Of a DNA stretch of 64,000 nt, positions 24,620 to 37,652 are shown in pieces (position 1 is the stretch's first letter; every line of letters starts with the position of its first letter). Source of the stretch: Marsupella aquatica (taxonomy: Eukaryota; Plantae; Marchantiophyta); the NCBI GenBank assembly GCA_973895155.1, contig OZ316891.1, positions 3,950,018-4,014,017 of the forward strand, in the 5' to 3' direction. A model generated the notes under the pieces. That model made no database searches. It saw only the letters and a list, made by a program, of their open reading frames with translations, and had not been told where the DNA came from. The position numbers were made by a program, and so were the translations under genes.

Positions 24620-27406
24620 ATGAAGAGAAACGAAGAGCTTGAGCGAATGTTTGCAGGGATGTTTGGCAGTAACCGCAACATGCATATGGCCACATTCAGC
24701 ACAGCCAGGCAGGCAGAAGTAAATGCACGAGTGTGTAAGTTGGGGAAATTGATCACAGCAGCACAAGAGCTGGATCTCGCCTTCCTAGTTGACGTAACTT
24801 ACAGCATGCAGGTCTGTCTCGTACATTCTACTTTGATCGCATCGAAATGACGAAGAGTGTTAGCCTCCCTTATCAGCTTAAAGGATTCTTTGTCGTAGTT
24901 TCCTATATGCTGTGATATGTCGGTATCTTCGGATGCAATTTGGGTTCATATTTTACATCGCTTTCGAATAATGATTCTTCGTTAATTGCCAGCCATACAT
25001 CGACTCGGTAAAGGAGAAAGTTCAGAGCATTTCTGCTGAGGTCAAGGAGGCATGGCCCCAGCTGAAACTTCGAGTTGCCTTTGTCCCATACAGAGATTAT
25101 GAGGACAGTGCCATAGATAATGCCGACATGTGCGATTTTACGGATGATTTCAAGGGTTCATACAGCGTTTTTGTCGAAGCTCTTTCGAGAGTACGCGCAG
25201 GTTAGCTAGTATCATATTCTTCCCGGTATCGCCGTGGTGCATGTGACAAACGGCTTATGTTTCTCAATGGAGACTTCTGTGTGCATTGTACTGACGACAC
25301 AAACCTAGACGGCTTTGACGATCCTATCAGTTCAGTTTCTAGCAATCGTTACTATTTTCTTCTCCTTTTGAAAACTATCACATGAACCAGACTGCCTTCT
25401 GACTTCAAATCATCATGATTGCAATGTTCTAGTGGGGGGTGCTGATGAAGCTGAGGACGTCTTTTCTGGCCTCCATCGCGTTGCTTCTCTTAGCTGGAAG
25501 TCGAGGACTCGTGTGCTTGTGCACATTGGTGATGCACCATGCCATGGTGCGGAATTCCATGATAATGCTTGTGACCGATGCCCAGAAGGGGACTTGCTCG
25601 GCCGCAACATCATCACGCTTCTCAAGACTCTTCGAGACGATTGTCAGATCATTAGCTATCGTTTTTGTCATGTAAACAACAGCACTAAGAAGATGCTCAG
25701 TGTTTTCAAGAAGAAATGTGATAGTGGAAACTGGATCCAGGAGGAGGAGCTCAGCAACATAAATAAACTAGTCGATATCGTGGTCAATGTGTCGACCACC
25801 AGTATCTCACAGTCCATGCAAGTCAGTAACACCAACATTGTCGTCCGCAAGTTCGTGAACAAGCCTGTGGAACCTGAGATGCCTCTGTGGCGCACAATTC
25901 CACACAAACGAGCGACTCAGATAAGATACAAGTATGATTGTGTTCTTAAACTCCCTGTGGTGTATATATGGGTCCACCGAAACGACATATTCAGTTCTAG
26001 AGAAAGTTTCTTATCAATTATCTCTTTAGCCCAATTACGCAACGTCGGAATGGTACTGAGTTAGCTAGAATTTTTAGAAACAATTGTCCACTGGTCATTT
26101 TCTTGTTAGTACAGAATTCTGGCTCTGTAATAAACTAGAGAATCCCGTAGAGAATTATCTTTGAGTTTGTGAAAGTCATGGACTCGCAGGTTACCAGACA
26201 GTTTGGAAGATCTATTTCACACGCTGGCCACAAATGGCAAATAAGAGCTGACGGAAATGCCGGACTCTACGCTTCAGATTGCACATTATCCTTTCTCTGA
26301 CGAGGGAAGCCTAAGGTGGCCGTATCATGCAATGGTGAATCAGCCACCTTTTGCACCTAGGTATGATTCTGTGATTACGGAACCTATGATAGTCCCGATT
26401 AATCGTAGATGGGCGCAAAATCTGTTCCTTTTAGACGATTACTAATAATGTTTTTAATTTATATATCTTTACTCTAGGCACATGGTGGTGAAGAGATTCA
26501 AGGAAACTCTTGGGCAAGATGTGAACCGTATCCACGCAAAGGAGGCTTATTTTGAGCAGATGGAGGTACAGACTGTGGCAGCTAAAATGGCAGAGGAATT
26601 CAACAAGAAGATTCAGAGGTTAATCTCTATGCTAAATCAATCCCCTCGCACACTAATCTCAATTCTTTAGTGGTATGCACTCATGTCGCATAAAAGACGC
26701 TTAGTTATAGTTTTAGTTAAGTGAGGTTTTCCAGTACCTTGTCATCTGCAGCTGTACCATGATTCTTGGTCAGAGGTCACACCTGCTGTACGTGCTTCAG
26801 ATTTTGCATAATTGCTCTTAATTGAAGTCATCTTAAAAGTCCTTTGAATATTATGTTTGAGTGGAATGGAATGGTCGGATTAGTAAGGTATATTAAGTCC
26901 AATACCTTCACTTGCCAGCGGCAGTATCTGATTCATTTGCTCCTTTATGCAGCCTCTTGGTTAAAGATTACAAGACTATCCAATTCACGCTGGTGTCTGT
27001 ATTGAGAGTCGGTACAACATTCTACAACATGGAAAAATTTCTAGACGGTAAGTGGATCAGGTACTCCAACAATTTAAACTACGTGAATACGAAGGATCAT
27101 GCGGCAACCCTTCATGCCTTCTCACATTGGACATATTATCGCTCCCAAGGCTTGCTCGTTGTCAACGACTTACAGGGTGTCGAAATAGTGAGCATGACTG
27201 GGTCCAACGAATTCTGGTTGTGTGACCCTGCTGTTCATTGCAAGGATGCATTGCGTTACGAAAGGACAGGAACGAATTGGAGTGAACCGGGGATGAAGCT
27301 GTTTTTAGCAGCCCATCAGTGCAACTACATTTGCCAAATTCTCGGTCTACCTCTGACCAAGAATCATGGGTTCTCTCTGGATCCCCGGTACAGACGAATT
27401 TCCTGA
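24620..27406 (+). CDS. vWA-domain + alpha-kinase (VwkA-like) gene; exons 24620-24811, 24993-25200, 25433-25931, 26190-26360, 26478-26618, 26953-27406; in-frame TAA at 26242-26244, so possibly a recent pseudogene
   Basis: vWA: DLAFLVDVTYSM (MIDAS DxTxS), RVAFVPYRD, GGADEAEDVFSGL, VLVHIGDAPCHG. Alpha kinase: PFSDEGSLR, VVKRF, MEKFLDG.WIRYSNN, HAFSHWTY, VNDLQGV, LCDPAVHC, HQCNYICQILGL. All introns are GT-AG with consistent phases. An upstream exon is possible (AG at 24609-24610). Confidence 0.9.
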
Positions 27407-29652
27407 ATGACATTCAAAATTCTCTCTCGATGGTGGTACCTCATATATAGGTTGATGGCTTCAAAGACACCAGCTATATATATGTCTGCGAAGGCTCGAT
27501 CACTGACATCTTGAATAGATCTAGTCGGCGATGTTCGGAAAGCGTAATTCAGGAAAAGTTGAATGTATTGGTGACACAACTACAGTGTCCGGCGTGGATA
27601 ATTCGGGGGATAATTGGGTCCGCTTAGTTTTCTATGTTTGATGAGACTGAACAATTTTTGATCTATCTATGGCTGTTGTATTCTTCACATAGGGAGGACC
27701 TTGTTTTTTCAGCCATTGCCACTGTGAACCCTACGTAGGGATAAAGCATTTAAATTGGGACCATCTAGCAATGATAGTGTACTCATAAAAGCGTTACTCC
27801 CACTCTTACTGTAAATTGGGACCATCTAGCAACTAAGAGTGGGATCTAGTAACGCTTTTATGAGATTTTGAAGTAACAGTCGAAATATGAATAGTACAGG
27901 TGAAAATAAAGCAGTTTTTTGGGCTTTAATGAATGTTCTTACTTTGATTATATGAAAACGAACTCCGTAAGAGAAGTGAGCCCAAGAAGCCCTCAATCCT
28001 TGGAGACAGTACCTGAGATGGGTCTTATGCCTCTCAACAACGGACCCGCACAAAGTACAAAGACGAAGACTTAGCCATTGTATGGTCGTTTGTATTGTAC
28101 CTAGTAATGTGTAGCAAGAAACGAAGGTAGGGAAGAAGTATACGTTTGCCATCTCGTGCCTCTAGCTGCAGCATGTAGTGTAGTGGCGGTGAGCACCTCT
28201 CCCGAAGTTTATGGTTTACATATCGAAATCGAATTTCAACTGATTCAACTGCAAGGTCAGACCAAATCGAATTAATTGAAGGTAATAGGGTCGACATTTC
28301 AACAATGGTACGGTCGATCATTTGGCCACAATGCAGTAAATTCGTGAACAAGGACCAGTCGACACATGCCACAACCTCTGTGGCAAATTCCAAACCTTGA
28401 CTGTAGGACTTTATAGATTTTGCCATTGTGAGCAACCGCATTTATCATGCCCGGCCTTTTGGATCTTAGATGTAAATCAAACAAAGCGGTGAAACTTCAG
28501 CTTAGCAATAAACTGACGTTCTTTGTATCACTCAAATCTAGTCACCTTTGTGGTAACTTGTTAAAATATCAAATTTGATGGATGGATGGGTGGACACCAC
28601 CCAAATGGATGATTTGGTGGGGTCCTCCGAATACGCTAGGCAAGATGGTTCTGTATAATTCCCAGTGGTTGAGCTATTCATGAAAGTTTTGAAAGTTTGC
28701 ATCATTTGTATTAGTGCGTGATTTGACATCAAATTTACTTGACACGACCGATGGGTTGGACTCTCAGTTCCCTGTGGGCACGGCAGGCCTGTGCACTGGA
28801 AGTCAGAAACGCAATACTTTGTCCGATCACGGGAACAGCAGTTTCAAAGCAAGTTTCCAAGTTGTAAGTGAGAAGTACAGCTCCACTCGAGTTGGATTCT
28901 CTGTGAAAAATCGTAAATGCCCCATAAAAGCCTCAGAGTAAACGCTGTTAACAGTCCAATGAAGATGAGCAGACATGAGTACATTGAAAATAATCTCTCT
29001 GCTTTACTGAATGATGCAGGATCGAACATAGCCGGGCCTCTAATTTGCAGCCGATATCATCCCAGCGGAATAGTCGGGGATGAGTCCTAATCGATCGAAC
29101 CCGTAAATCTTCATTAGCTTTAAATCTAACGTCCCCTATATACAAGCAGAATAGCAGCCAATGGTGGACACAAGAAACAAGCATCGCACCATTGGATGCT
29201 GGATCCTAATACCCCTTCTGATCCGAAGTTGCGGAAGAGAGGGAGAGAAAGAAACACGAAGGATATGTTACGATTGTTGGTGCAGATGTTCTTTCTGCTC
29301 ATGATGTAGATATTGATTGTAAGAAGCAAGCTTGCAGGGTGCCTCCATGAACTGTTCGAAAGTTGCCTTTGTAGATTGAGCAGGTGTGTGAATCCACCAG
29401 CGAAAGAGGAGACAGTGGTAGTCGATAACAGCAATCTTCGGTCCGTCCACACGAGTGGGCATTTTCCCAAGAGTGGAAAACTACATTGAGAACCGATGGT
29501 GATGAATTGTGCAACAAGCTCCTCTGTAAACTTGGTGGTGAAGGGAGGCTATTCGCAAGTCAAGGGAAGGGAGTCAAATACCCCTTCTAGAGCAATACAA
29601 CGTGTGAAGGGACCACGACAACCACTGGTGCCAGTATCACAATATTTTACAG

Positions 29653-29746
29653 ATCCAACCACCCGAAAGGAAATACTACCCCGTGATCAGAGGATTTGTG
29701 CCTGGCATCTAATCATGGGAAGATTGTGAGCCTCATGTTCGAGGCT
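29653..29746 (+). pseudogene. 5' half of an RNase H1 hybrid-binding / Cauli_VI domain exon, split by the CACTA insertion
   Basis: IQPPERKYYPVIRGFVPGI*SWEDCEPHVRG joins in frame, through the GCT TSD, to the 3' half at 45963-46210. Confidence 0.8.
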
Positions 29747-31758
29747 CACAACTACATTATCTGCCTGATTAACGTAATTTAAGCAGACGTTAATTGCGAC
29801 GTTCAGCCGACGTGTGGAAAAGTCCCACCCAACGACGTTTAAGTAGCGACGTTACTAACGATGTACACCCGGACGTTCTTAACGTAGCATTACACGACGT
29901 ACTTAACATTGCCGACTGAGACATTCTCTACTTAACGTTGTATTAGACGACGTTAATATCAACGCGCCATTGTTGATAACATGGCCTATTGACGTGGCTA
30001 GAAATGACGTTAGACATTGTTTAACCAAGTTTGATACGTTGTACATTGCCATGTAAGACACCACGTTTAACGGGTACAATGTAGTTTAGTTGGTTACTTA
30101 GTGTGATGTTTCTTATGACATTTGGTACGGTCTACACAGTAAATAACATGGTTATTTGGTTCTGTATGCGGACATTGGGGAACGTAGTCCATCACGATGT
30201 TCGGAACAGTTAAGAGTGTAACACAACAGGACGTATACATGATTAGGCACGGTAGTACGTGATTAGGCACGGTAGTACGTGACTGGTTCGGGTTGTTGTT
30301 TTGGTTCAATATAGAATACATGCATTCATTATACACATTGTAACCTGGAATGATATGCCACCACAAATGGGTGTTTTGAATACAAATCCGAGATGTAACA
30401 TACAAAATTAGGCCTCCTAGCTAATGTAGTTGAGATTGCCTATCACGTCCTGACTATCCGCCTCGCCGGCGCAACTCGTTCCTCTGGTAATCCTGCTCTG
30501 AGGTACTACTATTTGGCTCCGGCGCAGCCTTGCTTCTTGTTGTTCTAGTGCTACGAGGTACCCTAGTGGAATGCCTCTCACCACTACTCTTCCTCCTCTC
30601 TCTATCTCTTCGTCTTTCTCTATCTCCCTCCTTGCGTCTCTCCCTCCCTCGTCCTCCTTCAGGGAAAAGATCATGAGAAGTCCCACGTACCATGCTGTCC
30701 GCATGGTACCGGGGCCTTCTCCTGGGTACCCTCCTCAAGCGGGACAGTGTCAGCATCCTCATCCTCTGCAATGGGTCGTGCTACTAAACCCTCTGGTGTA
30801 GTCCAATCCACCTGTATACAAGACACAGTTTCAGTCTAGGTTGGCACAAGATACGCTTTCACTCTACGTCTATGGAATGGTGTTAATACAATGTAGCCAA
30901 GGCATCACTACTTACTGGGAAGTCTTCGGGAGTTGAATCAAGCTTTGCCCATAGGGCTGCCGAGCCATATCGCTTGGAGTACAAGCGCTTTTGCTCACTT
31001 GGGTCGGCATCTCGGCCATACTTTCGCTTCTGCAACAAAAGTCACATTACGTCGTTCAAGAGGAGGTACTTTACACACCTCACTACTACGTTAAACCAAT
31101 TGCGTCGTCCCAAACAACGTTACATATTACTCGATGGCATTAACGTTGCAACGACGACATTAGGGATAGTGTAACATCGTCTCGTGAGATGTAAAGGGTG
31201 AAATACGATGATTTGAGCGACGTTCAATTAGGCAATGGAGACGTTAATCTAAAAGAACGACGTTAATTACTGTTTCACACCAAAGCAGCACCACAAGGCA
31301 TTGATTTGAATGATTGCGCAATGTGAAATGGAAGAGAACTTACATAGGTTGCAAGAAATCCTCCCCATCCTCCATGCCCCTAGAAATTCATCACCTTCTT
31401 GTGTGATGCCGTTGGTACGGCGAGTAATGAGTAATTCGGTCTAAACTGTGCTTAGCACGCGCGTTAGGGGTATCTTAGGCCGCTATTATTAGCATAACGA
31501 TAGTATTTAGGTAGCCATTATGAGTAGGAAATCATTAGTCAATAAGGGGAATTCATGTTCGGACTGGCGGCGTGTCGCCATTCGCACGCCCGGGTTGCGA
31601 GCGTGGAGGGCCCCCCCCTCGGGTCCGTATAACAAACTTAGGGAAGCGGCCACTGACACGCGCTGACTCAGACCATCGGAGTGGCCTGTACACTACAAGC
31701 TTGAACGGTCAGCCTATAAGCAATAAGGAGACGTCGGGTGATCGACGAGCCCTCAAGG

Positions 31759-31765
31759 TATAAAA
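31759..31765 (+). promoter_or_regulatory. Candidate TATA box for the LTR-internal ORF
   Basis: TATAAAA about 100 bp upstream of ATG 31867, followed by a pyrimidine-rich leader. Confidence 0.5.
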
Positions 31766-31866
31766 GAGGAGCCGACCCTTTGTAGTGCACCTGTCCATCA
31801 GTCCACGCGCCAGCTTCGACCCCAGCCCTCTCGTTCTCTCTTAGTCGCCACTGCTATCTCCTCTGA

Positions 31867-34515
31867 ATGTCGCACACGATCCTCTCCAGTTTGGCCATTC
31901 GATTCTGGACGCAGTTCCTATCTACCGGAAGACACTTGGCCGACTCATTGAAACACGCCAACCCGCGCCGATATGAAATCGAACGCGAGTACAAGAGAGC
32001 CATCCGCCTAGCAGGACGACACCACTATATCCTTAACTTTGACTACCCGTCTCAGAGCGAGCTTTACCGACCAGCAGAGGTATCTAGGTACTTCTTCAAT
32101 GGAGACAAATATATCGGTTTTTGGGAAGCATTGCTTCGGCTTCCGGATGAGGTCTTCAATATCCCGGGTATGATCGACTTGCAACGGCATCACTTTGACC
32201 ACATCCCTGCTCAGGTTCGGGCTATCATCAACAGCGGGTCCAGCACTACCCGTTCGACAAGGCCGTCTGCACTTGCTTCGGAGAACTTCTACCAGCACCT
32301 GCAGAGCTTCATGGGAACTAGACCCTCAACCGTCGGTGCCGGCCCAGTCGACCCCATACCCATACCCGCGCCAACGCAGACTCAAGCTCAGCCTCAGTCT
32401 CAGCCCTCGTCTCAGCCTCAGCCTAGCCAACCCCCACCGCGGATCGCCCCGCCAGTACAAGTATGCTCCGTCATCAACGCTGTGGACCTTAGCGACGACG
32501 ACGTGGCTACCCCACCCTTGCTCAGGCGGCCCAGAGGAGCGAACACTCAGGGGGCCGACACTACATCGTCCCCTCCCCATTTCCGGACCCAAGGAGCGGC
32601 TCCAACAGACAACATGGTGACCATGGCCGCCCCGGGCCCAATACTAACGGCGGTAGCACTACCTATGCCCGATCGAGAGGATGGGGAGGTGTCACCCTCC
32701 CCGAGCCAGTCACGGGGGAAGAAGAGGAAGGAACCCGCTGCTGCATCTGGGTTACCGATGGCCACGGTAGCCGCGGCCAAGGTGACAATGCACCGCATGG
32801 GGAAAAACATGCATAAAAACATCCTCCATCCCAAACATGCGGTGTACCTGAAAACTCAGGGATTTGAGCACCTCGCCTCTCTCCCCTGGAACACTTGCAG
32901 GTACTACAGGGAGGACATGACGGAATTCGTCAAGAATTATGATGACGCACGTCAACATACTCGGCTGCGGGGAAGGAATATGTCCCTCACGGAAGAACGG
33001 CTCAAGATGATCTTTGGGTTACCCAAAGGTGACCACCGAGTCGAATCACGGGCTCCCAGGGGCAAGGGAGCCAAGTACCAATCCTCGAGTTTTCCCTCCA
33101 AGGGATCAGTGGACAATGGGTTCGTGATGAGGACCTGCCTCATCCCCGAGATAGTTGAGCGACTGGAGTTCCAAAGGTACGCCCTCCACATGATGGAACC
33201 CCGGGGGGAGATCTCCGCTGCCCAGGTTATCCAGGTCGAGAACTATCAACCTAGGAAGTGGGCGTTGTACTTCGCTAAGAAATTCCATGAAGAGATGGAG
33301 CGGCGAAGAAAGACGCTATACATTGGCAGGAAGGCTTATTTCGCTAGCCACATTGAGATCATTCTCGAGTGGTACGCTCAGTTTGATCGACGAACCCTTC
33401 CCCGTATCAACGTAACAAAGCTGGTCCCAGCTAGGTGGGTTTTCCCGGCCTTGGAGAGACGGCCCCAACCCAAGGCCCGAAGTCCAGCGGCCACGCAGGC
33501 TTCACCCATCCCACCTCCACAAGTAGTTGTAGCCGTGGCCGAGGAGGTACCGGATGGGTCGGTAATCGCAACCGTAGATGCGATCAACCAGGCCGGGCCA
33601 AGTACAGAAGTCAGGACAGCGGAGGCCTTACTCGAGCCCTGGTCTCCCAAAGACCCACCGGTGGCTATTTTGGAGGACCAGACATTGCTAGAGGAGGACA
33701 CTCCAACCCCTTCCAACACTACGTCCCTAGGGCTGGATGTCACTGCCCCGGCCCCCGAGCGTGTTGACGTCTGCCCGTGCCCAACTCCGGATAGGCACAA
33801 CCTGGACCACCCAGAACTCTTCGTACCGGGTACATTTTTGAACGGGCTTCTAGGAGATTTCTCTCATCAAATTGCCCGGGATACCGGGGAGTTCATGGCC
33901 CGGAAGGTAGCCTGTTTCTTCAATCAGGAGTTGGTTGCCGTAGTAAAGGCAGGTCAGGCCCAGTCAAAGGCCCTTCATAGGATAGAGCGGTACCGGGTGG
34001 AGTCCGTATACTTAAAGAACAAAGTTGCGGCTCAAGAGGCTGAGCTTCTGCAACTACGACCCAAAGTTGCAACCGCCGATGAGTTGTTAGCGAAGGCGCA
34101 CGCCCTTACCGCCCTAGCCGAACAGGCCAAAGCTGGGAACGAGGCCGAGATTGCACGACTCTGGAACCAGATTGATAGTTTGAAGAATCAAACTGTCATC
34201 TGGTAGAAAGACCTGGAGGAGGCTGAAGAACGGGATCAGCGGGACACTGTGGAGATAGCCACGCTACAAGCCGAAGTGGCGCGGCTCCAAACCGAAGCCG
34301 AGAAGCAGGACCAGTTGGTGGGCAAGCTGACGAGTGACACCCAGCAGCTGGAGGAGGCATGCCAAGAGGCAGCGGAGGAGACGGACGCGGTGAAGCGAGA
34401 GAACGAATCTCTACTGGACCAGGTCCAGCTCCTCAAGGCGGACAACAACAGACTTCGTAAGCAGCGGGATGGCCGCTCCCACTCGGGCAGCTCTGGCAAG
34501 CGTGCCAGGCATTAG
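31867..34515 (+). CDS. LTR-internal protein (882 codons; single in-frame TAG at 34204-34206): N-terminal domain, P/Q-rich linker, NLS-like RGKKRK, central retrotransposon-accessory domain, C-terminal coiled coil
   Basis: ORFs 31867-34206 and 34249-34515 share a frame. The core (LPW...EFVKNY...RG..MSLT...IFGLPKG...DNGF...C...ERLEF) loosely resembles Transposase_32/ATHILA-ORF1-type domains. A homolog lies at 51237-53624. Confidence 0.8.
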
Positions 34516-35089
34516 CGGCAGAGTAGGAATAGAATAGGGTTAGGAATAGCTAAATCAGGCTATGGGGACAGGAACCTGCCCTAGTTAGAGCAGCACCGCC
34601 ATGCTGTCCAGCCTGCGTAGGTTAGGATTTCTAATAAGACACAACCCATTTTTGGACTGACAGTCAGATTAGTTAGGACCTAAGTCAGCGAATCTTCGGG
34701 CGGGAGGACACTCCGTTCCTCGACCCTTAGTATTTAGTGCACCCCTCGGTAGAGGCAGGGGGGTTTTTAGTCTCAGTGTTGGACGTCCGCGGTATGTGCG
34801 GGGAGTCCCGACCTCTGGGAGTGAAAGAGTACCAAGGGGAGGGTGTAAGACTAAGCTCGTTGGGCGAGTGTGGAGCCGGGCTCCATTGTAGTGTACACCC
34901 TCGGCCTCGGACCTGTTCACTCCAGAGCATTTGGGTCAACTAAGTGTACGCGTATGTCTCTTATGGAGTAAAATCCCTTCCCGTTATTTTCTTCATGTAA
35001 ATCGAGATTTTATGCTTGTGCGTATGTATGTGTGTGAATCTTGTGTATAGGTGCCAACGCTTGGCCGAACGCACTACCCAAGTAGTGCA

Positions 35090-35608
35090 CGGGGTGCAGC
35101 TTGCGTGTACCCCGGGTACGCAACTCTTGTATAATTGGCAGGGGTCTACATTTTTATATGGACTAAAAAGTTGGCTATACAAAATTATTAAAATTTGAAA
35201 AAACCTGGGTTTTCCACTTTTAAAAATTTTCAAGTCATATGAAAGGTTTGGTTCTCCTCTTTTTCCATATGAAATTAAAAAATATTCCTATACATGTTGT
35301 AGTTTCTATTAAAAGATTTTTAAAATTTTAATAAAAATCCTAAAAAGCTAGCTAGTTTGGCTGTAGACCCCTGTATTAAAAAAAAGTCATATAATTTGGT
35401 TTTGATCAACTTTTTATACATCAAAACATATTCGGAATTTTTTTTAAGTTACATTTTTGGATTCCTTGAGTTGAGAGGTACAAGACTTTAGTAAACTAAA
35501 ATGAAATCTAAGATGGTCTAAGGATATAGGGTCATTATAAGGAATTAAAAACTTGATTTATAAAAAGGGGAGTTGCATACCCGGGGCATGTACGTGGTTG
35601 CGAGCCCG
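35090..35608. mobile_element. MITE-like AT-rich element nested in giant LTR 1
   Basis: Imperfect TIR (CCCCGGGTACGCAACTC / GAGTTGCATACCCGGGG) around an AT-rich interior. Exact ends and TSD not resolved. Confidence 0.6.
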
Positions 35609-37529
35609 GGTTGAGCACCCATATCATCAAAATCCGGATCGAAGGCGGACAATACGAAGGCTTAGAAGCCCTTAAGCCAGGGTCGATCCTGCTATCGACT
35701 GAGGTACGGTCCGGCGGCGGAACACAAATCATACCTAGGAGGTGTCCGTATATGACGATAGGCGCACTTAGCGCTATTTTACGTAAGTTGGGTGCATTCC
35801 GTGCCTCCCTCCCTGCCCGAACCCTCATTTTGACAAAGGATGTGCCTGTTTAAGCCGAAGCCCGGAGTAAGGCCAAGGCTGACAACGTGACATCTTGCCA
35901 CTCGCTTTTCGAACAGCAGTGGCCTTGTCTCCCATACGCACTCGCTTTCCAACTGGGGTGTCCGGGGCTGCTTCGAGTTCACTAACAATCAACTTGAAGT
36001 CAGCTTCGCTCATGCCATCAGGTTTCTTATACTCCCCCGTCCTTATGCACCTGAGTTTGCGCACCTTTGCTCTCCACCTGAACCGTCGATCAGCGAGGTG
36101 ATTCACAATCTTCTTCCTGATGTGGCGGTAGTCAATCTCTCGCCCATTTCTGAATCCAGCCTGCACATCATTCAGGAGCACCTGGAACTTCTTTTCGTTA
36201 TGTACCAGCTCCTTCCAGGTCGTCCAACCGGGGCAGTGTTTAGTTACACAGGTCTGCACTCTGTTTGTGAGTGCTTTCTCATCCAGAACGTCTGGCCTTG
36301 CATCAAAAGCAGCAAGGGTGATGGTGGGGAGGTGCTCCTTGCTGGCAGGAGCTTGTTGAGGATGTGATCGCTGCTCTAAATGTGAGTGCTCCTTTCTCCT
36401 CTCTGCTCCATGATGTCGATCTCCCCTGCGTCTCTTTGACCTTGATGTCTTTGCATTGTGCTCATTGGTTCCTTTCCCCTTTCACCTTCTCCTTTCAGTG
36501 CTGCTATTTGACAAAGACTGAGATCGCCTCCTCCTCCTATGTGCTTGACGGTCCCTCCTCTCATCGTCTGCCCTGTATCTCTCATGTGCAATCCTCACTT
36601 GACTCTTGATAGGGGTTCGAGCAGTTGCCTGAGAATCTAGCTGGATCTCATAGAAGGTTGGATCGTCCCAACCATCGTCTGCTAGTGTTGGGAATGTAGG
36701 TAGCAGATCAATCGATGCCCCATCAAGCTCTCCAATGACATCTGGCGCTTCAACCTCGGCCACCTCCTCTTGGTCGGGAGCATTGGCCTCAATACTCTCC
36801 AGGTACTCTATAAACCTGGACTCCTTCGTTCCCTATCCTCCCATGAATTTCCAGCTATGGTTGAAGGCCTGAACTAGTGAATGTGTTGAACGTAGTGCTG
36901 CATGCACCTTCTCCATCTCCTCTAGATCCTCCATGGCCACCTTCACTGCATCAAAGTTCACACTGCATGGAAGGTAGCCTGGATGAGACATGGCGGGCAA
37001 TTTTGTGAGGTAGAGGAGACCAAGAGAGGTGAGGATTAGAGGTGCATTGGGGAATGTTGAATGTGACTCGCATTCGAACACGACCCCGATGTTTTCTGAA
37101 GGAAATGACCGGGGAAACGCTTAACCACGCGGGCTCGCCGTTTTGGGAAATTTACGTCATTTTAACGTCTCTTTAACGTCGCTTTAATGTCTCGTTTACG
37201 TCTCTTCCAAACGACGTTTCCTATGAGCACCTTGTCCTAAATGACGTTAAGTTTAGGAACGTTGTTCTGTAAGATGTAACCGACATCGGACGAGGTGTAA
37301 GCGGGACATTAAATGTTAGGGTTTTTGAAAAAAACGACGTTAAAACTAATATTAGGTTGTAATTTGTAGGGTTTTAAGGATGGGTTTTTGTGAGGGGTTT
37401 TGTATAGGTTTTTCTCAAATGAGAGATGGTTTTATTGGTTGCAAGACATGGTGATCTATGACTCTCTGTCCGATGACACAGATGATGGGGATACGATTGT
37501 TGGTCGCAGATACCGGGATCATGATAGGG

Positions 37530-37652
37530 ATAGGGATTATTCTCCTGATAGGAGGAGGGACTACTCGCCAGAGCGGAGGAGGGATGACTCGCCAAGAAGG
37601 AGGAGGGACTACTCTCAGGAGAGGAGGAGGGACTACTCGCCTGAGAGGAGGT
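37530..37652 (+). repeat. 24-bp coding tandem repeat x5 (RRRDYSPE)
   Basis: AGGAGGAGGGACTACTCGCC-type unit in the first TnpD exon. Confidence 0.85.

Larger units (their letters stand above)
31402..35892 (+). mobile_element. Giant solo-LTR-like unit 1 (4491 bp) containing a long ORF
   Basis: TGTGATGCC...CGTGACA termini. Perfect 5-bp TSD TCTTG at 31397-31401 and 35893-35897. No internal direct repeats, PBS, PPT or gag/pol seen. Confidence 0.85.
30417..36991 (-). pseudogene. CACTA second gene (TnpA / Transposase_24-like), split by the giant LTR-like unit
   Basis: One frame runs 36991-35893 (stops near 36833 and 36482): ...WKELVHNEKKFQVLLNDVQAGF...RRFRWRAKV...KPDGMSEADFKLIV...VRKASGK. It continues after the TSD as KVMNF*GHGGWGGFLATY (to the donor at 31343), then exon 31029-30916 (KRKYGRDADP...) and a last exon from 30811. 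Confidence 0.7.

Noticed and set aside
27826-29650. Several short ORFs on both strands
   Set aside because: Possibly decayed coding sequence linked to the split HBD exon, but no family motif recognised.
35072-35087. CACTAC-CCAA-GTAGTG as a mini CACTA element
   Set aside because: Only a 16-bp hairpin, with no TSD or subterminal structure.
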